Positions 61,297-64,000 of a DNA stretch of 64,000 nucleotides are shown here, piece by piece. A program made the position numbers and the translations under genes. The stretch comes from an uncultured delta proteobacterium (GTDB lineage Bacteria; Desulfobacterota; Binatia; UBA9968), in assembly GCA_963728565.1 (NCBI GenBank), contig CAVSLC010000023.1, positions 192,001-256,000 on the forward strand, in the 5' to 3' direction. A model generated the notes under the pieces. The model was not told the DNA's origin and searched no databases. It was given only the letters and a program-made list of their open reading frames with translations. The first letter of the stretch is position 1, and every line of letters starts with the position of its first letter.

Positions 61297-61559
61297 GGTC
61301 CAAGGCTGGGAAGCCGCTCGCTATTCGATAGACGACATTGGAGACCACGGCCGATCGCATGTAGCAACGCGGCACTCAGTACCATCAGAAAGATCCCAAG
61401 CTGGCTGACGGTCAATCTGCCGATCGGTTGGCCGATGATCATCAAGCACGCGATCAGGGCCAGGTGTTTGGCAAGCTTTATGAAAAAGGCGCCGATCACG
61501 CACGCGGGCGCGAGAAACGACTTCGTGCTAGCAGGCTCGCTTTGCTGCCGATGGAGCAT
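61293..61559 (-). CDS. Small membrane protein
   Basis: 88 aa with 2-3 hydrophobic segments; translationally coupled to the ATPase start. Confidence 0.55.
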   Translation of the reverse strand: MLHRQQSEPASTKSFLAPACVIGAFFIKLAKHLALIACLMIIGQPIGRLTVSQLGIFLMVLSAALLHAIGRGLQCRLSNSERLPSLGP

Positions 61560-61595
61560 GTGGGATCCTCGCCAAGTGAGCGTGCCACCGGCTGA

Positions 61596-62024
61596 TTAGG
61601 CGATCGATCCCACATAATGCAGGACGTTGGTCGTGGTGACCAAACCCACCAGGGCTCCATCACTGAGGACGGGCACACAACCGATTTTCTTGTTTGCCAT
61701 GAGCATCGCGGCATCTTTGATCGGCGTGTCGGGCGTCACCGTTATGACCCGTTTTTGCATAATGTCCTTGATCAACTCGTTTTTGAGCAAAGCCGATCTG
61801 CTTTTCTGCTTAAGACCAAAGATACGGTTCGCCGCGGCGCCGATAAGGTCTCGTCCGGAGATCAACCCCACCAACTTGCCATTATCCAAGATCGGAATGT
61901 GGCGAATGCGACCAAGAGAAATTACGTCACTAGCCAGATCTAGAGTATCGTTGGGGGCCAAAGTCACGGGCGAGCCCATCATAATCTCCTTTACGGTCCC
62001 GTTCTTTTGATTTTTATTTTTCAT
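61596..62024 (-). CDS. CBS-domain protein
   Basis: VKEIM…IRHIPIL…GLIS.RD…IGCVPV…GLVTTT. Confidence 0.92.
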   Translation of the reverse strand: MKNKNQKNGTVKEIMMGSPVTLAPNDTLDLASDVISLGRIRHIPILDNGKLVGLISGRDLIGAAANRIFGLKQKSRSALLKNELIKDIMQKRVITVTPDTPIKDAAMLMANKKIGCVPVLSDGALVGLVTTTNVLHYVGSIA

Positions 62025-62099
62025 ATGAGCGCTCCTCTCAGACGTGTTGGAGGCGACGCCGGAACAATATTTCGGCGCCTCCCCTTAGCGAAGAATTGT

Positions 62100-62114
62100 G
62101 CACTGTCCGTGCCA
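62100..62114 (-). promoter_or_regulatory. sigma54 promoter for CBS-ATPase-DUF1003-LDT-YcbK run
   Basis: TGGCACGGACAGTGC; partial palindrome TCCGCA-TGAA-TAAGAA at 62198; hairpin 62049-62082 in the leader. Confidence 0.75.
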
Positions 62115-62331
62115 ATCGCAGCCGGTGCTTCTTCTCGGAATTCCCGTTGGCGCCAGCGCCCGCGAGAAGTCTAAACGGCAAGAATATTCACGCTAGTTCC
62201 GCATGAATAAGAAGAGCGCGGCAGAAAAAGTTTGCATCGCCTTTGGTCGACCGCGGACCTATCTTTTGCGGTTCATCGCAGATCGCTCGAAACACCGCCC
62301 TTATGCGGCATGCCTAAGGGGCAGCGCTAAC

Positions 62332-62790
62332 TCACTGAGCTGCAATCGTTGAGTTTGCCGGCTCCGTAAATGGGTAAGGACTAGCGGACGTGCTTATTGA
62401 TCCGCGAAGGTTTGTCGCCCTCCCACTGGTGCTCACAACGCAGCGCAAAGCAGAATCGCGGTATTGAGCCGTTGACTGGCACGTAATGCCGGGACCTTGA
62501 GGCACTCCACAGGAACTGGTCTCAGTAACATTGTCGCCTCTCCAATCGAAAATTTCCGCAACAATGATACGATTTACGCTATCGGTATTAGTGGCGAAAC
62601 AAGCTGCAGTAAAGCCAGCGGGTTCATGAATGGCTGCAGTTGAGAGATGTTCAAATCTCTGGAGATGACCGGCTGTCGTTTGAAACCCGGAGCCGTCTGG
62701 CCCAACAGTCGAGGGACTTTCGGCCCGAACGCCTGCGACAAAAATAAGCATGAGAATAGTCTTGGCGATGATGGCGTAGAACAACATCAT
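62332..62790 (-). CDS. Hypothetical secreted Cys-containing protein
   Basis: SD AGGAGG; signal peptide ending VRA; four Cys; Ser/Thr-rich. Confidence 0.65.
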   Translation of the reverse strand: MMLFYAIIAKTILMLIFVAGVRAESPSTVGPDGSGFQTTAGHLQRFEHLSTAAIHEPAGFTAACFATNTDSVNRIIVAEIFDWRGDNVTETSSCGVPQGPGITCQSTAQYRDSALRCVVSTSGRATNLRGSISTSASPYPFTEPANSTIAAQ

Positions 62791-62866
62791 AAATCCTCCT
62801 TTGTGCCCATCGACCGTCATTATCTTTTTTTGATTCCTGCACTCACGCAGGCAATTAGAAATCCCA

Positions 62867-63256
62867 TTACAGATCATAGATGGGCGTCCGAATCGCCACG
62901 TGCTCGCCCATGGCGATAGCGCTGACTATGTCGGCACGGCTGACGATTCCGATAATTTTGCCGCCGTCCGTAACCGGCACCCGCTTGATAGCGTGGGTGA
63001 TCATGAGCTGGGCAATCTCTTCAACAGCGGTATCCTCCCGGACACTGACAACTTTTCTGCTCATGATCGATTTGGCATCCTTGCCTTTTTTTGCCACGAT
63101 ATCCGCTTCCGAAACGATGCCCAGGATTTTACCCTGTTCATCTACGACTGGGGCACCGCTGATCTGATTTTTGATCAAGATCATGGCTAAGTTCCTGACC
63201 TTAGTGGTCGGGCTTATGGTAATGATGTCGCGGGTCATAACATCTTTGGCGAACAT
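62867..63256 (-). CDS. CBS-domain protein
   Basis: AKDVMTRD…ISGAPVVD…GIVSEAD…IKRVPV…GIVSRAD. Confidence 0.93.
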   Translation of the reverse strand: MFAKDVMTRDIITISPTTKVRNLAMILIKNQISGAPVVDEQGKILGIVSEADIVAKKGKDAKSIMSRKVVSVREDTAVEEIAQLMITHAIKRVPVTDGGKIIGIVSRADIVSAIAMGEHVAIRTPIYDL

Positions 63257-63268
63257 TGTTTGCTCCTC

Positions 63269-64000
<732 letters not shown>

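Overview
Bacterial window, probably Deltaproteobacteria/Binatia-like (inference from gene families). Positions 1-3.5 kb are a decayed, frameshifted prophage or integrative-element end: an integrase fragment, virion-like proteins and two small membrane ORFs. From about 3.9 kb to the end the window looks like one large hypoxia/dormancy island. It encodes 6 universal stress proteins, 5 CBS proteins, 2 Hsp20, 2 DksA/TraR proteins, a BON protein, HPF-CSD, YbaK, RtcB plus archease, PncB, Prs, CapA, an Rv2004c-like kinase, a phosphoribosyltransferase, PpsA, an acsA-pdhABC-ACP module, a PTS-EIIA-fused P-type ATPase, an L,D-transpeptidase with YcbK, and GAPDH. This closely parallels the Mycobacterium DosR regulon. 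The main result is the wiring. About 15 intergenic, correctly oriented sigma54 -24/-12 promoters precede these operons. Most are flanked by tandem palindromes TT(C/T)(T/G)CA-N4-TG(A/C)GAA set 30-32 bp apart. The island also encodes a soluble GAF-GAF-PAS-PAS kinase with two FixL-type heme-PAS domains and an NtrC-family sigma54 activator, whose own upstream region has the best palindrome. This suggests an O2-sensing, sigma54-driven dormancy regulon. Several genes are decayed (pyk, FBP aldolase/phosphatase, dnaJ, Lon-like, sufC-like, GYD, and CBS and USP fragments). Other frameshifts, at 55-61 kb, are probably sequencing indels. All assignments come from motif recognition by eye; no database searches were run.
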